A DNA stretch of 64,000 nt, taken from contig NW_026800101.1 of NCBI RefSeq assembly GCF_032191835.1, positions 1 to 64,000 of the forward strand. Reading direction: 5' to 3'. The position numbers were made by a program, and so were the translations under genes. This DNA is from Heteronotia binoei. Lineage: Eukaryota. Numbering within the stretch: position 1 is the stretch's first letter; every line of letters starts with the position of its first letter. The notes under the pieces are model-generated. The model was not told where the DNA came from. It did no database searches and worked only from the letters and a program-made list of their open reading frames with translations. Positions 25,276 through 37,395 of the stretch are shown here, piece by piece.

Positions 25276-28200
25276 CTAAGGGGGCCTAAGCCTTCCCCCA
25301 TACCTTTTTCCCAACCTGTAATTATCCCAGAAGGTACTTGTTTGCTCCATTGGGAAAACTCATATGTGCCTCATCAGTTTACATGGAGACCCACAGTGAG
25401 GCAAATAGTGGCTCCCTGGGGCTGTTTCAGATCCTCCTTCCTTCCATCCATCCATTTGTGTTGCAGCTTGCAAACATCTGATGTTCATGTCTTGCAGGTC
25501 TCAGACATCTGACATTTATTCTATGTGACTCTTACATTAAGCAGGTTTAGCCTGTAGGCACCTTCATGTATGTTCATGTGTGTGTGTGTGTGCAGAGGCA
25601 GGGAAGTTTAGTCATGGCTTTCCTCACGTGCAATCTGAAGTAATCCAGTACATAAGTAGCTGATTCTTTAGACTGAACCCATCAGATTTCACAAAATATT
25701 ACATGTACACTCTCAAACTTATCTTTGCCATCATAGGTCCTAGAAGATTTATTTCATGTTAATCAAGCGAAGGTTGAGATTCTTAACAAAACAGAACTCC
25801 ATGACACCTGCAGCTTTTCTGGACACCTGCAAAAGCACAGCATCCCCAGGATATTTATGGAATAAGGAGCTGCACAATCTCAGGACGGACAGGCTCAGTC
25901 TGTTAGTGGGGGAGGGGAGTGAGGTCCAGATCTGCATTCATCAGGAAGCAGGACTCCTTCTGCTATATCATGAAACAGTAATGGTTATTGCTGCCAAGAG
26001 CGTCGATGAAAATACTCAATGGGTACCTTTCTTGGCATGCTCAGTTCTGCCATCTGTGTCTTACAAACAATTTTCCTTCAGCAGGGAGCAATGCCAGAAT
26101 TAATATCCATACTGTTTTCTTGTGATATCACAGTTGGTATTCTGGCTTAATTCTCAGACCCAAAAATTCTGGCAGAGATTCTCCAAACATACTTTTTCTT
26201 GACTACATGTGTAGGGCATTTGGAGGGCAACCCAGATGGGATGCTGGCTCTCCCATCTTTCTAAACACCTCTCAGTTCCTTATTTCCTTTTCAGTTTTTA
26301 AATTCTGAATTTTTAATCCTAAAGCTAGCTAGACTGCTCTTTAAAGGACCACTAAAGCAGCCCAAACTGGGGGTTTCCTGCATGCTTCGGCTTTTGTTAT
26401 CCATACAGTTGGAAATCTACCCTGCAAATCATGCTAGAGGATGAAGTTTCAATTGATAAGTATGCATTGGCAAATAAAGCCTTATTCAAGGGGTTGCATC
26501 AATAAAGATTACTTTAATTTCCTTGCAGCGAAGCAACGCAACCCATAGTGATCTATTTATAGTCTTGTGCTGGCTCAAGCTGTGGTTTATGGCCAGAGCT
26601 CTAACATGGTCTTGGAGTCCCAGGTTGTGGAGAGTAAACAACTTCCAATTCACCAGGCTCTTGCATTCATACATCAAGGGAAACCATTGTTTCTTTCAGA
26701 CCATGAATTCTTTAGTAATGTTCTGCACAAGAAGGATTGAGAGGAGCAGCCAACCAAAAGAAAGAAGCTGTGTTCAAGCCCATCCTGGCAGATTTGCAGC
26801 TTAAAGTGACATCTGAATACACTCGGTTTCCTTCATAGAAGAAACAGTAATAGTGTCTCTGAACTGTAGTTACAAGGATACAGGTTGCGCAGGTCTTAGA
26901 GAGGTGCAATAGCAATTAACACAAACTGTACGAAATAGTACAGTTATGTCAAGTGAGTTGACAGAGGGCAGCTAATGATTTTAAGTAGAATTCCAGAAAT
27001 AACAACTAACCACCAATTCTGAACCTCTTTCCCTAAATCTTAAACAATTCTTTGCACAGTTTGGCTGCCAGGCTGCATCTAGTTTTCTCTGAGCTTCTTC
27101 ATAACATTATTTTTTGCTCCTTCTCTTTCCATGATTTATTTTTTATTTATCTGTGCTTTTTTCAATTGGATCATCAAAGGTGGGTTGAGAAAGCACAGAG
27201 AAACAAGGAAGGAACTACAGAAGGAGAAGGAAAGGAAAATGATGTTGTAAGGAGGGCAGAAGCTCAGAAGAGGGGAAAAAAACTCTGCAATATGGCATTC
27301 AAAACACAGGAAAATCTCTATGAGCCTGAGAAATGCTCTTAGTTCCCACGCTTTATTAACCCAAGTATCTTGGGAAAAGAAGTTTCAAGACTGAATTTTA
27401 AAAGCTTGTCATTCACCAAAGGCTGAGAATCCTCTTTCACACAAGAGCAGCACATTACAGGGCAAAGCATCAGGACTGTGCATTGCCTGTGAATTTCCAC
27501 GCAACTGTGTGAGGTCAGCAGAGCCACCATGGCAGATATCAGGGCTTGTTTGTGGAGGTATAAGTGCTTAGTTATGGTCTAGACTTGATGGAATCAACTT
27601 CTGTGGTTCCTGGGAGTGCATCCTTCACAGGCTCTTTTGCTATTTCTCTATAACCTACCTTTACTTAAGAATTAACACGTTGTATCCGTGTTGGAATACA
27701 CCTGGAGAAACCTGAGTTTAAATCCTCACTTTGTCATGAAGGTCCTGGAGGACCTTGTGCCAGCTGCTCTTGTTCACAGCCTAATCTACCTAACACAGTT
27801 GTTGTGAAGATAAATGGGGGCCTCTGTGTGCTCTCTTGTGGAAGTAAAAATGAACCAGAGAGGGGACGAGTTAGAATGGTGAAGTCATGCAGGCTGGGCG
27901 GGATGTGCTGTGAACGCAAAAATAAATGACCTCGAAACTGGAACTAAGCGGTTAGGTTTGGATCAAGCCATGACCAGCTGCAGAGAAAAGATACTAAGAA
28001 GTCAGTTTCACTGAAAAATTCCAAGTTTAAATTCTAGTTGCCCAGGCTCATCTGGGGGACTATAAATGTTCTTGGGGGGGAGGCCCTCCCCTTGAATGCT
28101 GTATCCTACAATTGTATAATACAGAATTCAACAGTTTTGGAAATTATTTTAGTGTCTTTCTTTGGCACCCTAAACTCCTAGGAAGAAAGGTGAGCAATAG

Positions 28201-28404
28201 ATTCCATAAATATACACTTTCATTATCTGCAGGCTTTTACTAGTTATTTAAAACTTTCCAGTTGAATGTTAGTACACCTGCCACGTCTGGCTTTTTAATA
28301 CAGCGTTAACAGTACATTGCGTCACCGTTCAATGTCACATAGACCTTCCTATCTATAGGTCTCTTTGGTGGGACAGTTTCCTAAAACAACATGCCATTGC
28401 TTAC

Positions 28405-28545
28405 GAATCATGATTACTGGCTAAGCAGGATTGACCCTGGCTAATATTTGGAAGGGTTACTTCCAAGGAATACCAGGGTCATGATGCAAAGGCAGGCAAT
28501 GGCAAGCCATCTCTGAAACATCTCTTGCCTTAAAACAAGCCTAGC
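28405..28545 (+). mobile_element. 5S-derived SINE fragment
   Basis: gctaagcaggattgaccctggctaatatttggaaggg...ggcaggcaatggcaagccatctc. Confidence 0.6.
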
Positions 28546-28573
28546 TGGACAATCTTAGTATTCCCTGGCTATT

Positions 28574-28742
28574 NNNNNNNNNNNNNNNNNNNNNNNNNNN
28601 NNNNNNNNNNNNNNNNNNNNNNNNNNNNNNNNNNNNNNNNNNNNNNNNNNNNNNNNNNNNNNNNNNNNNNNNNNNNNNNNNNNNNNNNNNNNNNNNNNNN
28701 NNNNNNNNNNNNNNNNNNNNNNNNNNNNNNNNNNNNNNNNNN
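28574..28742. other. Assembly gap (N run)
   Basis: 169 N characters. Confidence 1.
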
Positions 28743-29129
28743 TCTTTTCTCTTCACCAGTTGGAATGTTCTTGAGCATTCTGTGACAATATGGTAGCTGA
28801 TCAGTGCCTGAAGTAGAATGGAGGGGGTGGGGAGTCTGCAGGCAAAGGGCAGGCAGCTACCTACCTACCCTGGGGGATACCAGCCTTCAGATGGGACCTG
28901 GGGATCCCTTAGAATCACAGCTCATCTCTAGACTACAGACGTCAAATCCCTTGGAGAAAATAAATTCCTTAGATGGTGAGCTCTGCGGCATTGTAGTCCA
29001 GGCTCCATTCCCAAATCTCCAGGAGTTTGTTTCCCAACCTGCATCTGGCAACTCTACCCTCCATCCCCTCCAGTGGCCAGGGAGAATCCAGCAACCCTAT
29101 ACTTTCTCTGGGAGCCTAGTCTGGCTCTG

Positions 29130-29870
29130 ACCCTTCTTCTCTAGCTCCTTCTGTATTTATATATACGCAAGGCTGGCTCCCTCCCTCCCTCCATTCCCGT
29201 TAACCTTCGATTTGGCTGTATGCTGCTGCACGGAGAGGAGTCAACTCCTCTAGGAATAGAAAGAGGGCATGTGAGGTCATTCCGTGGCTCGAAGTCTCGG
29301 GTAGCAAAAGAGTTTTTGATGTTCTGTTTGCCCTCACCCAGGCTGTTCGATAACGCTTTCAAGCCGTTAGAGCCATAAGAGGAGAAAAGATAATGGCCAC
29401 TGAGCCAACTACATTACATTTTATGGTTCCGTAGCAATTACGCTGCATTTTATGGTGTCATAACATATTACATTTTATGGCTTAATATCTGCTTTAATAC
29501 GGAGACGCCAATGCATAGAATCTTAACGAGGGGAGCTGCTCCCGTTTGGAAGGGGAACGGGGGCTTCCGACACGGAGGAGCTGGAGAGGACAATGCAATC
29601 GAGACGGGCAATTACCCTCAATGGCTCGGCCTCCCTGCAGCCAGGCGCCTCCACTCCCGGGCCTCTGCTCTCCGTCCTCAGCCCAGCACACACCGAGGAA
29701 CTGCGAAAACCTATTTTTTTGACAATTACTTTGCATCTGACGCATTCAAATGGAAGAGCCCCTTTGGCTCAATTGGACGGAATTGTTTTCCAAGACGTTT
29801 GGAAACACAAACTTTACCCTCGGTACAATTCCTCTGCACTCAGATTAACCTCCACATAACTCTTTAAAAA
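29130..29870. promoter_or_regulatory. Candidate conserved developmental enhancer with homotypic Cdx/posterior-Hox-type sites
   Basis: Non-repetitive, CpG-retaining; CATTTTATGG at 29417, 29446 and 29471; additional ccataa/tcataa motifs. Confidence 0.55.
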
Positions 29871-29978
29871 AGGATCTTGCAGTTTTGAAATATATCATGG
29901 CCCAAGCTATGCTTAAGGGTCCAATAGGGTTGCAGCTTCTGGGTGGGGCCTACACATCTGATCTCCCGGAATTACAAC

Positions 29979-30194
29979 CAGTATTCCCTCTAAACTGAGT
30001 TAGCGTGAGCTAGCTCACAGATTTTTAGCCTTCAGCTCACACAGTTTTGTCTTAGCTCAGGAAGGATGACCCCAGAGCACACTAATTTATGCAGTAGCTC
30101 ACAACTTTAATGCCAGTAGCTCACAACTTCATTGCCAGTAGCTCACAAAGTAGAATTTTTGCTTACAAGACTCTGCAGCTTAGAGGGAACATTG
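29979..30194. mobile_element. CAGTGTTCCCTCTAAG hAT MITE
   Basis: TIRs cagtattccctctaaactg/cagcttagagggaacattg; TSD attacaac/attacacc. Confidence 0.88.
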
Positions 30195-30267
30195 ATTACA
30201 CCTTCATCTCCAGACTAGGGAGATCAGTTTTTCTGGAGAAAATAGCTGCTTTGTAGGGTGGACTGCA

Positions 30268-31345
30268 TGTTGGCAGCGGAGGAGAGGACTCACAATAATG
30301 GGTTTAAATTAAAGGTGGGACAATACGGGCTGGATATTAGAGAAAACTTTTTCACATTAAGAGTTGTTCAACAGTGGAATCACCTACTGAGGGAGGTGGT
30401 GAGCTCCTCCTCACTGGCAGTCTTTAAGCAGTGGCTGGACAGACACTTGTCAGGGATGCTCTAGGCTGATCCTGCATTGAGCAGGAGGTTGGACTAGATC
30501 AGGGGTAGCCAAACTTGCGTAATGTGAGCATAGAATAAATGTCAGATGTTTGAGAACCAGAAGACATTAACAAACAGTACACACATAGCTTTATTAAAGC
30601 TCTTAATACTTTCTGTGCACAGAAAGATAAAATACATGTGCATGCACTTTACAACATGACTGTGCAAGAAGGAGACTTTTTAAAAATAGCTAGGCATAAC
30701 AGTCCGCACAAGACCAGCACAGGGAATTATTTTTTGGCACCAGTGGGAGAAGAAAATACACATGTACCATCAGGGCTTTTTTTGAGCAGGAACATACAGG
30801 AACGCAGTTCCGGTTGGCTTGGTGTCAGGGGGTGTGACCTAATATGCAAATGATTCCTGCTGGGCTTTTTGTACAAAAAAGCCCTGTGTACTGTACAAAT
30901 CACTGACCACCGTTTGCATCATTATGGATCTCTCTTTGCCTTGACAGCAAGGTTAGTAAATGCAGCACCTACAAGAGCTATGAAACTGGGGAACCCTGTG
31001 CTACCCTCTTTAATTCCATCCCTCCTTCCAATGGCTCCCTTGGCTCTTGTGCTCTCTTTCCCCATTCTAGGTCTCTGTGTGACCTCTGTGGTAGGACTTG
31101 CAAAGCCTGCCTATTTTCCCCTCCTTACTCCCTTCAAACACAGCAGAAATACTTGCCAACCTATGGGTCAACACTCAGAGACTGACTGTGGTCACAATGC
31201 TTTGTATGTTTACTTGAGAGTAAGCCTGCATTAAGTTCCTCCTTGGTCTCTGGGAGCCACACAATATGTGTGAATGAGTTGCATGTGGCCCCCAAGTTGC
31301 AATTTGGCCACCCCTGGACTAGATGGCTTGCATGGCCGCTCCCAT
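30268..31345 (+). mobile_element. CR1 3' fragment interrupted by a hAT element
   Basis: Encodes RTHNNGFKLKVGQYGLDIRENFFTLRVVQQWN...; the 3' UTR ttggactagat resumes at 31317. Confidence 0.85.
30500..31316. mobile_element. CAGGGGT(A/G)GCC hAT element containing a nested CAGGGC MITE (30771-30886)
   Basis: TIRs caggggtagccaaa/tttggccacccctg; perfect TSD GACTAGAT (30492-30499 and 31317-31324). Confidence 0.9.
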
Positions 31346-32397
31346 CTCTATGATTACACCTCACTGAGCCCACTTCCCTCCACAACCCCACCCTCCCAGG
31401 CTCCACCCCCAAATCTCCAGGAATCCCCCCCAATGTTTGAGAACCCTGTAAATAATGGGCTCTTGCAAGAAAAGTGGGGGGATGAAATGAGAGGCTCAAA
31501 GAAATATGATAACATCACTGTTTTTTTTCTATTCTGCCAGTACTTAAGGTATAAACTTTTTTGGGAGGGGGATCCAAGTGTCAGAAATGGTTGTTCTGTT
31601 CTTTCAGCTCTTTTGCACTGCTCTCCCATGAAGAAGTCTGATGTATGGCAAGCCATTTTAGGGTATTTCCAGTGCCTGCTTGTAGAAGGCGGTGCCAGCA
31701 AAGAGACCTGCCCCTTTCTTGTTTGTAGGGCTGCCATCATTCAGGTGGGAGCTGAAGATCTCCCAGTATTGCAGTGGATCTCCAGACGACATCATTCATT
31801 CATTAATAAATTAAAACAGTTATTCCACTTCTCCTGGAGAAAATAGCTGCTTTGGAAAGTGGACTGGGTGTGGCATTAGAACCTACTGAGATCGTTCTCC
31901 ACTCTAAACCTCACCCTCCCAGGCTCCACTCACAAATCTCCAGGTATTTCTGAACCCAGAGTTGGCAGCCAGGAGAACACACAGAAGAGCCTTCTCCCAG
32001 GAGACCTTTTGTTAATTGCATGGCTGTTTCTATGGTTCAGGGACGGCAGGCCGCTGTCAGAGGCAGATTGGCCCTATGTGCCTTATCAGAAACATTCCTG
32101 GAGAGCTGTTGCCAGGAAGGAACAAGCTGAGCCAAGAGACCCCCTATGGGGCTGGGAGCCCCTGCTTGGCTGGGACCCTGTGGTGGCAACAACAACAAAA
32201 AATGGGTGTCATTGATCAGCCTGCTGCCACTGCTCTTATTGCGGTCTGACTCTGAGCTGAACAGACAGCTCCTGCAGAGCTGCCAGCACAGCAAGGGGTC
32301 TCTTGGCTCTGCTTCCTCCAGGACCGTTTTAATAGCCTGGTCTGCTTCTTGCTGCTGTTTTCCAGAGGATGGTTTCAATGGCTGCTTTATCCTATGC

Positions 32398-32735
32398 AGG
32401 GGGTTTTTTGAGCAGGAATGCACAGGAACTCAGTTCTGGCTGGCTTGGTGTCAGGGGGTGTGGCCTAATATGTAAATGAATTCCTGCTGGGCTTTTTCTA
32501 CAAAAAAGCCCTATATGAAACAATGGTGACATCAGGGGGTGTGGCCTAATATGCAAATAAGTTCATGCTGGGCTTTTTCTACCAAGAAAGCCCTGATCTG
32601 ATGTATGGTTGTTGGCAGGGTTTTTGGGGTAGAAAAAGCCCAGCAGGAACTCATTTGCATATTAGGCCATACCCCCTGCCACCAAGTCAGCTGGAACTGC
32701 ATTCTTGTACATTCCTGCTAAAAAAAAAAAGCCCT
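32398..32735. mobile_element. CAGGGC-family MITE cluster with internal inverted halves
   Basis: Repeated ggtgtggcctaatatg/gcatattaggcc units and aaaaagccctg ends. Confidence 0.75.
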
Positions 32736-33901
32736 GATTGTTGGTGTACTTTTGTTATCCATCTTGGACTTACAATGTAGTCAAGGGCAATCTAGAAATA
32801 CTTTGATCAATAATTTTGTGCCAATTTATATTTAGAATGATGGACCCTTGGGATCCATTCCACTCACTGTGGCATGTTCTTCTAGTGCAAGGAGATTTCC
32901 ACTGATAAATGATGCTCTCCAGAAGAAAACAGAACAAAGGTAAAGTGGTCCTTTGTTTTATTTTGTTGCAGTAGACTAACTTGGCTGCTCCTTTGCAGTC
33001 ACCAGAGAAGAGTGAAAGAGATCAGATGCTGCACATTTTATCTTTGGTTTTTCTATAACCCTTCTTTATCATTACTATTAAACACCACCTGAAATCAGTT
33101 CTGCAGCAACTTGGGCCTATCGTCCAAGTATAGAAGTGCCATCACAGCAAACAGCAGGTGATTCTTGTCACTGATGATCTCCGAGATGATGGTTGAGAGA
33201 TAAATTCTCTCCAAAAGTTTTGTAAGAGATGATTCTCTATTTAGAGCTAACCCAACTCGATTTTTTTCCTCTCCTCCCTCATCTCTGTGTACCTCTTCAC
33301 CTCCTTCCCCTCCTTTTATGCATGCAATTTGATTAATCCATGAGGATTAACCTCTCTTTAACTCCTTGATTAGCTGCATTTTAGAACTCCATTTGTTTTC
33401 CCTTTTCATCAAGACAGACTAATTTACATCGATATAGACATACTGCAATCTCAAGAAAATCAGTGCAAACGATGAAGAGACATGACTGGCATCTCAATTT
33501 CACCTTCCAGATGCAACATCCTTAACACGTGCATTTTGCTTTCACACAGGCACACTATTTGGGTAGGAAGAACTTTTTTTCTCCAGGCAGAGTGGCCAGA
33601 ACTCAAGTAATGGGCAGCGGGCTGGGGGGGGGGGTGGGAATCTCCTGTGGTATTCCCCTAGGACTTAAATCATAATTTTGATTCCCATTCCTCACTGCAA
33701 CCAGTGGAAAGAAGTGCTAGAGCAGTAGAATACCTTGAACAGAAAGAACCAGTTCATTAGAGGGTCCTCGGTGCCTGCTGGCTGTGGAAGGTTGTCAAAC
33801 AGCCTGATTCCCCTCCACCTGGCCCCTGTGGACAGCTGGCAGCAGGAAGCCTGCTGCATCCCTCAAATGGTGGGACAGGTGATAAAGAGAGCATGTGCCA
33901 G

Positions 33902-34032
33902 CTGCCTGGGGAGAGGAGGATGAGCAGCATCTCCCAACCTCCTCCCATTCCCCACCTCCTTGTGCCTGGGGAGGGGAAGTGGGGAATGGGGGGAGGTTGG
34001 GAGACACTGCTCATCCTCCTCTCCCCAGGCAG
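33902..34032. repeat. About 130-bp near-perfect inverted repeat, likely the centre of a fold-back MITE
   Basis: ctgcctggggagaggaggatgagcag...ctgctcatcctcctctccccaggcag. Confidence 0.85.
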
Positions 34033-34361
34033 CCCTGCCAGAGGCAAGGGAGACTGGCAGTGTCCTCCTACTCCCCCAACTCCCTGTAGCTCAAGAAACA
34101 TAACCTTTCTGCCTCCCTGGGGGTGGGGGAGGCGGGGCTTGAGCACCCTTGCTTGGATACCCAAAATCTTCAGGCCAAACTTTTAGAGGTGGTACAGTGA
34201 TATAATTTTAGACTCTAGCTAATGGTCTTTGGCTAGGGGATCCATTTTTGATAGTAACATATACCTCAAACATAAAGCTATATTCTGCTTTTGGGGCCTA
34301 GCAATGTCCCGCTTTTACTGCTGATCTTCAGCTGGCAGAGATCAGCTCCCCTGCAGAAAAT

Positions 34362-35099
34362 AAGGGTAAAGTCTAACAGTGACTGCACAGTTAAAGAATC
34401 AAACAAAAACCAAGTCTTTAGGAAATTGTACGAATTTATATCAGAAATTCTCAATTCATGCAATAAAAGAGATCCCGCACATATACAGACCACAAAAATC
34501 CATTCTGATATGTCGACTCCTGAAAAATTTGCAACTCCAATAGGGTTAAAAAACCTCCTTCTTCCTTACGGCACACAAGGACTCCAACCAACGACGTTGG
34601 CTTCTAAGGTAAAAATCACCTCACATGATCACTAGCTTGAACCATGTTCCACTATAGATAGCTTTTTCGAAAGCTGAATGATAAACCTTAACGCATCATT
34701 CTGTCACACTCTTATCAACGTACATTCTTAACTTCTTAAAGACGGCTTCAAGTTAAGAATGGGCGTTGATAAGAGTGTGACAGAATGATGCATTAAGGTT
34801 TATGATTTGGCTTTCGAAAAAGCTATCTATAGTGGAACGTGGTTCACGTGAGGTGATTTTTACCTTAGAAGCCGACGTCGTTGGTTGGACTCCTTGTGTG
34901 CTGTAAGAAAGAAGGAGGTTTTTTAACCCTATTGGAGTTGCAAATTTTTTCAGGAGTCGACATATCAGAATGGATTTTTGTGGACTGTATATGTGTGGGA
35001 TCTCTTTTATTGCATAAATTGAGAATTTCTGATATAAATTCGTACAATTTTCTAAAGACTTGGTTTTTGTTCTTTCTGGCACAGTTGATTTTTGTTTGA
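34362..35099. mobile_element. Palindromic insertion of unknown family inside a TAGGGTTGCC MITE
   Basis: Arms 34402-34734 and 34750-35071 are reverse complements around a 15-nt spacer; 14-bp duplication cccctg(c/a)agaaaat at 34348-34361 and 35100-35113. Confidence 0.85.
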
Positions 35100-35790
35100 C
35101 CCCTGAAGAAAATGGCAGCTTTGACTGTACCGTGCTGAGGCCCCTCCCCTCCCCAAACCCTGCTCTCTCCTGGCTCCACTCCCAAAGTCTCCAGGTATTT
35201 TCCAACACAGACCTGGCAACCCCAAGTGGGACATTCTCCTTAGAAGTGCTTTGGAAGTCTTTGGGCTGGATGCAGCTGTCCTTTGGTTCATGCTAAGCTC
35301 TGCTGCTAGCTGTGCTGCTCCCAGCAGTGTGGCAGTCTTTAAAAAGCCACCAAACGCTTAGTTGTTTTGGTACCACAGACTGGCACAGTTCTTTTACCAG
35401 CCCTTTCCTTTCAACAGCTTACAGATTGCACTGGCAGCATCCCACAGCAAGGCAGAATCTTGTCTGAAAAACCATTTGCTCAAAACTTTTGCAGTTGGTT
35501 TTGAAACAAACAAACAAACTGGTTTTTCAAGAGTTGGACATAGGAATATTGCCGGCAATTTTATTTGAACTCATTGGTCTTCTTTTCAAAATAGTCAGGT
35601 TGAATCCTTCTTGGAAAATCTGTGGCTGCTCTAGTCCTGAAAATTAGTACAGAAACTAAAGATTTGTATTACTGAAAGCAATGGATGGCCAGTGCAAGGG
35701 AAAACAAGGAGAAAATAAAAAGGAAGAAGAAGAAAGTACAAGTCTGGAGGAGGCAGGAGGCATGATATGTGTTCACATAAGCTGTTATTG

Positions 35791-35821
<31 letters not shown>

Positions 35822-36255
35822 TGATTTATATCCCGCCCTCCCTGCCAAAGCAGGCTCATGGCGGATCACAATACACAATAAAGTCACAATAAAACAATTA
35901 AATTAAACATTAAATTAAAACAGTTAAAACAATTTAAAGAATTGATTGCGAATTTCCATTAGTTACAGATGGCATTCAGTGTTCTTAGACATCCATTTAG
36001 ATCTAATAATTCTGCAGTTTCAGTTAAAAGCTAGCTGAAATAATATCGTCTTGCAGGCCTTGCGGAACTAAGGTCCCACAAGGCTCTGACCTCCTCAGGC
36101 AGTTGGTTCCACCAATGGGGGGCAGCAACTGAAAAGGCTCTTTCTCTGGTTGTTTTCAGTCTTGCCTCCCTTGGCCCAGGAATCGATAGTAAGTTTTGCG
36201 TTCCAGATCTAAGTACCCTCTGGGGAACATGTGGGGAGAGACGGTCCCTAAAGTA
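35791..36255 (-). mobile_element. L2-clade LINE 3' fragment
   Basis: (TTTAG)n tail; reverse strand encodes RLKTTRERAFSVAAPHWWNQLPEEVR. Confidence 0.85.
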
Positions 36256-36736
36256 CAATAAATAAGTCAACAAATAAGAATGCGCTAAAGCATTCTTGCT
36301 TTTTCCCTTGATATTTCTGCCTAATCCATAGTCTAAAACCTTCTGTTTCTCTGAACAATCGTTCGATGAGCTGGAAAACGAGATGCAAGAGTACAGAAAG
36401 GGAAACGTCTGTGAATCTAAATGGTTAACAACTAGGGAATCATGGGAAAGGAGGTGGATGTATGTGGATCACTAGCCAATGTCTGTCTGAGCCCTGGCGC
36501 TCAAAATTGTGAAACTGACAAAGAGAAGAGAATCTTCAACTTATGACCTCAAACTGGTTTTTAGAAGGCTGATTACCTTGATGGTAGAAAGAACAGCCAT
36601 TTTGTGATGCAGTGGAAGGTCTTGTGCCCCCGGCTGTGCTGGCTGTGGCATTGGACACCTCATGCTGTGGTGCTGGTCTCTTAGCCCTCCAAGTATATCA
36701 GGTGAATACAGAACAATTTTTTTCCAAGAGGTTTTA

Positions 36737-36924
36737 AGTGCTTCTCAACCTTATGGCTGAGATCAAATGTAGTACCTGTTCTTATCAGTCTAATATCTAA
36801 TACATTCTCTGGGTGAGAACTATATATTAAATGGATTTTCGAAAGTGAGAGCTGGAATAGGGGCTTGCTCCATCCACTCCATGCACTGACCTGGTATTGC
36901 AGTACCTCCAGGAACTGTGCACCT
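36737..36924 (+). pseudogene. Full-length U2 snRNA pseudogene or decayed gene copy
   Basis: Colinear with U2: gcttctc..ggctgagatcaaatgtagtacctgttcttatcagt..atattaaatggatttt..gacctggtattgcagtacctccaggaac..gtgcacc; Sm site altered to ATTTTCG. Confidence 0.93.
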
Positions 36925-37089
36925 CCTCTTGGGGAGAATATATATGGTTAAAAAACAGAAGAGAATTTTTGTTTTTCTTTCCTTGCTCATTGTTACATTT
37001 TACTTTTAAAAACACCCTGGAATTTCTCACATTCCTCTATCATAAACACTGGCCTTGTTCCATTTACACTGGTGTCCAGTTTGCCTCTG

Positions 37090-37395
37090 AGCGCTATTCA
37101 AGGTGCTGGCTTTAATATTTGAAGCCCTGTGGGGCTTGGGGCAATATACTTTAAGTAACTCCTACTCCCATGTGGACCTGCTCTGGTTATCTTTGGAGGC
37201 CCTACTCTGGGTGCTTCCACTATCTGAGGCGAGACAGGTGACAATCCGAGAAAGGGCCTTCTTAGTTGTGGGCCCAAAATGTTGGAACTCTTTCCTCAGG
37301 GAGATTCACTTGTCTCCTTTAATTATTGTCTTCCATCAGTGGGTGAAGACTCTTTGGTTTGGTTTGGTGTTCCCCCACTAGCTGTTATTCCTGTG
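37090..37395 (+). mobile_element. L2-clade LINE 3' fragment
   Basis: Encodes RERAFLVVGPKCWNSF. Confidence 0.75.

Noticed and set aside
28541-28778. ORFs spanning the N run
   Set aside because: Artefacts of the assembly gap.
24265-29480. Short direct repeats considered as CRISPR-like arrays
   Set aside because: Eukaryotic context, only 2-3 units, no unique spacers of regular length and no cas genes.
33090-33240. Minus-strand frame LTKLLERIYLSTIISEII...
   Set aside because: Poor acceptor, a stop before the donor, and no recognisable homology.
36330-36400. Strong minus-strand polypyrimidine acceptor before LIERLFRETE
   Set aside because: The only nearby donor (G|gtttta) is weak and the frame is ambiguous; insufficient for a call.
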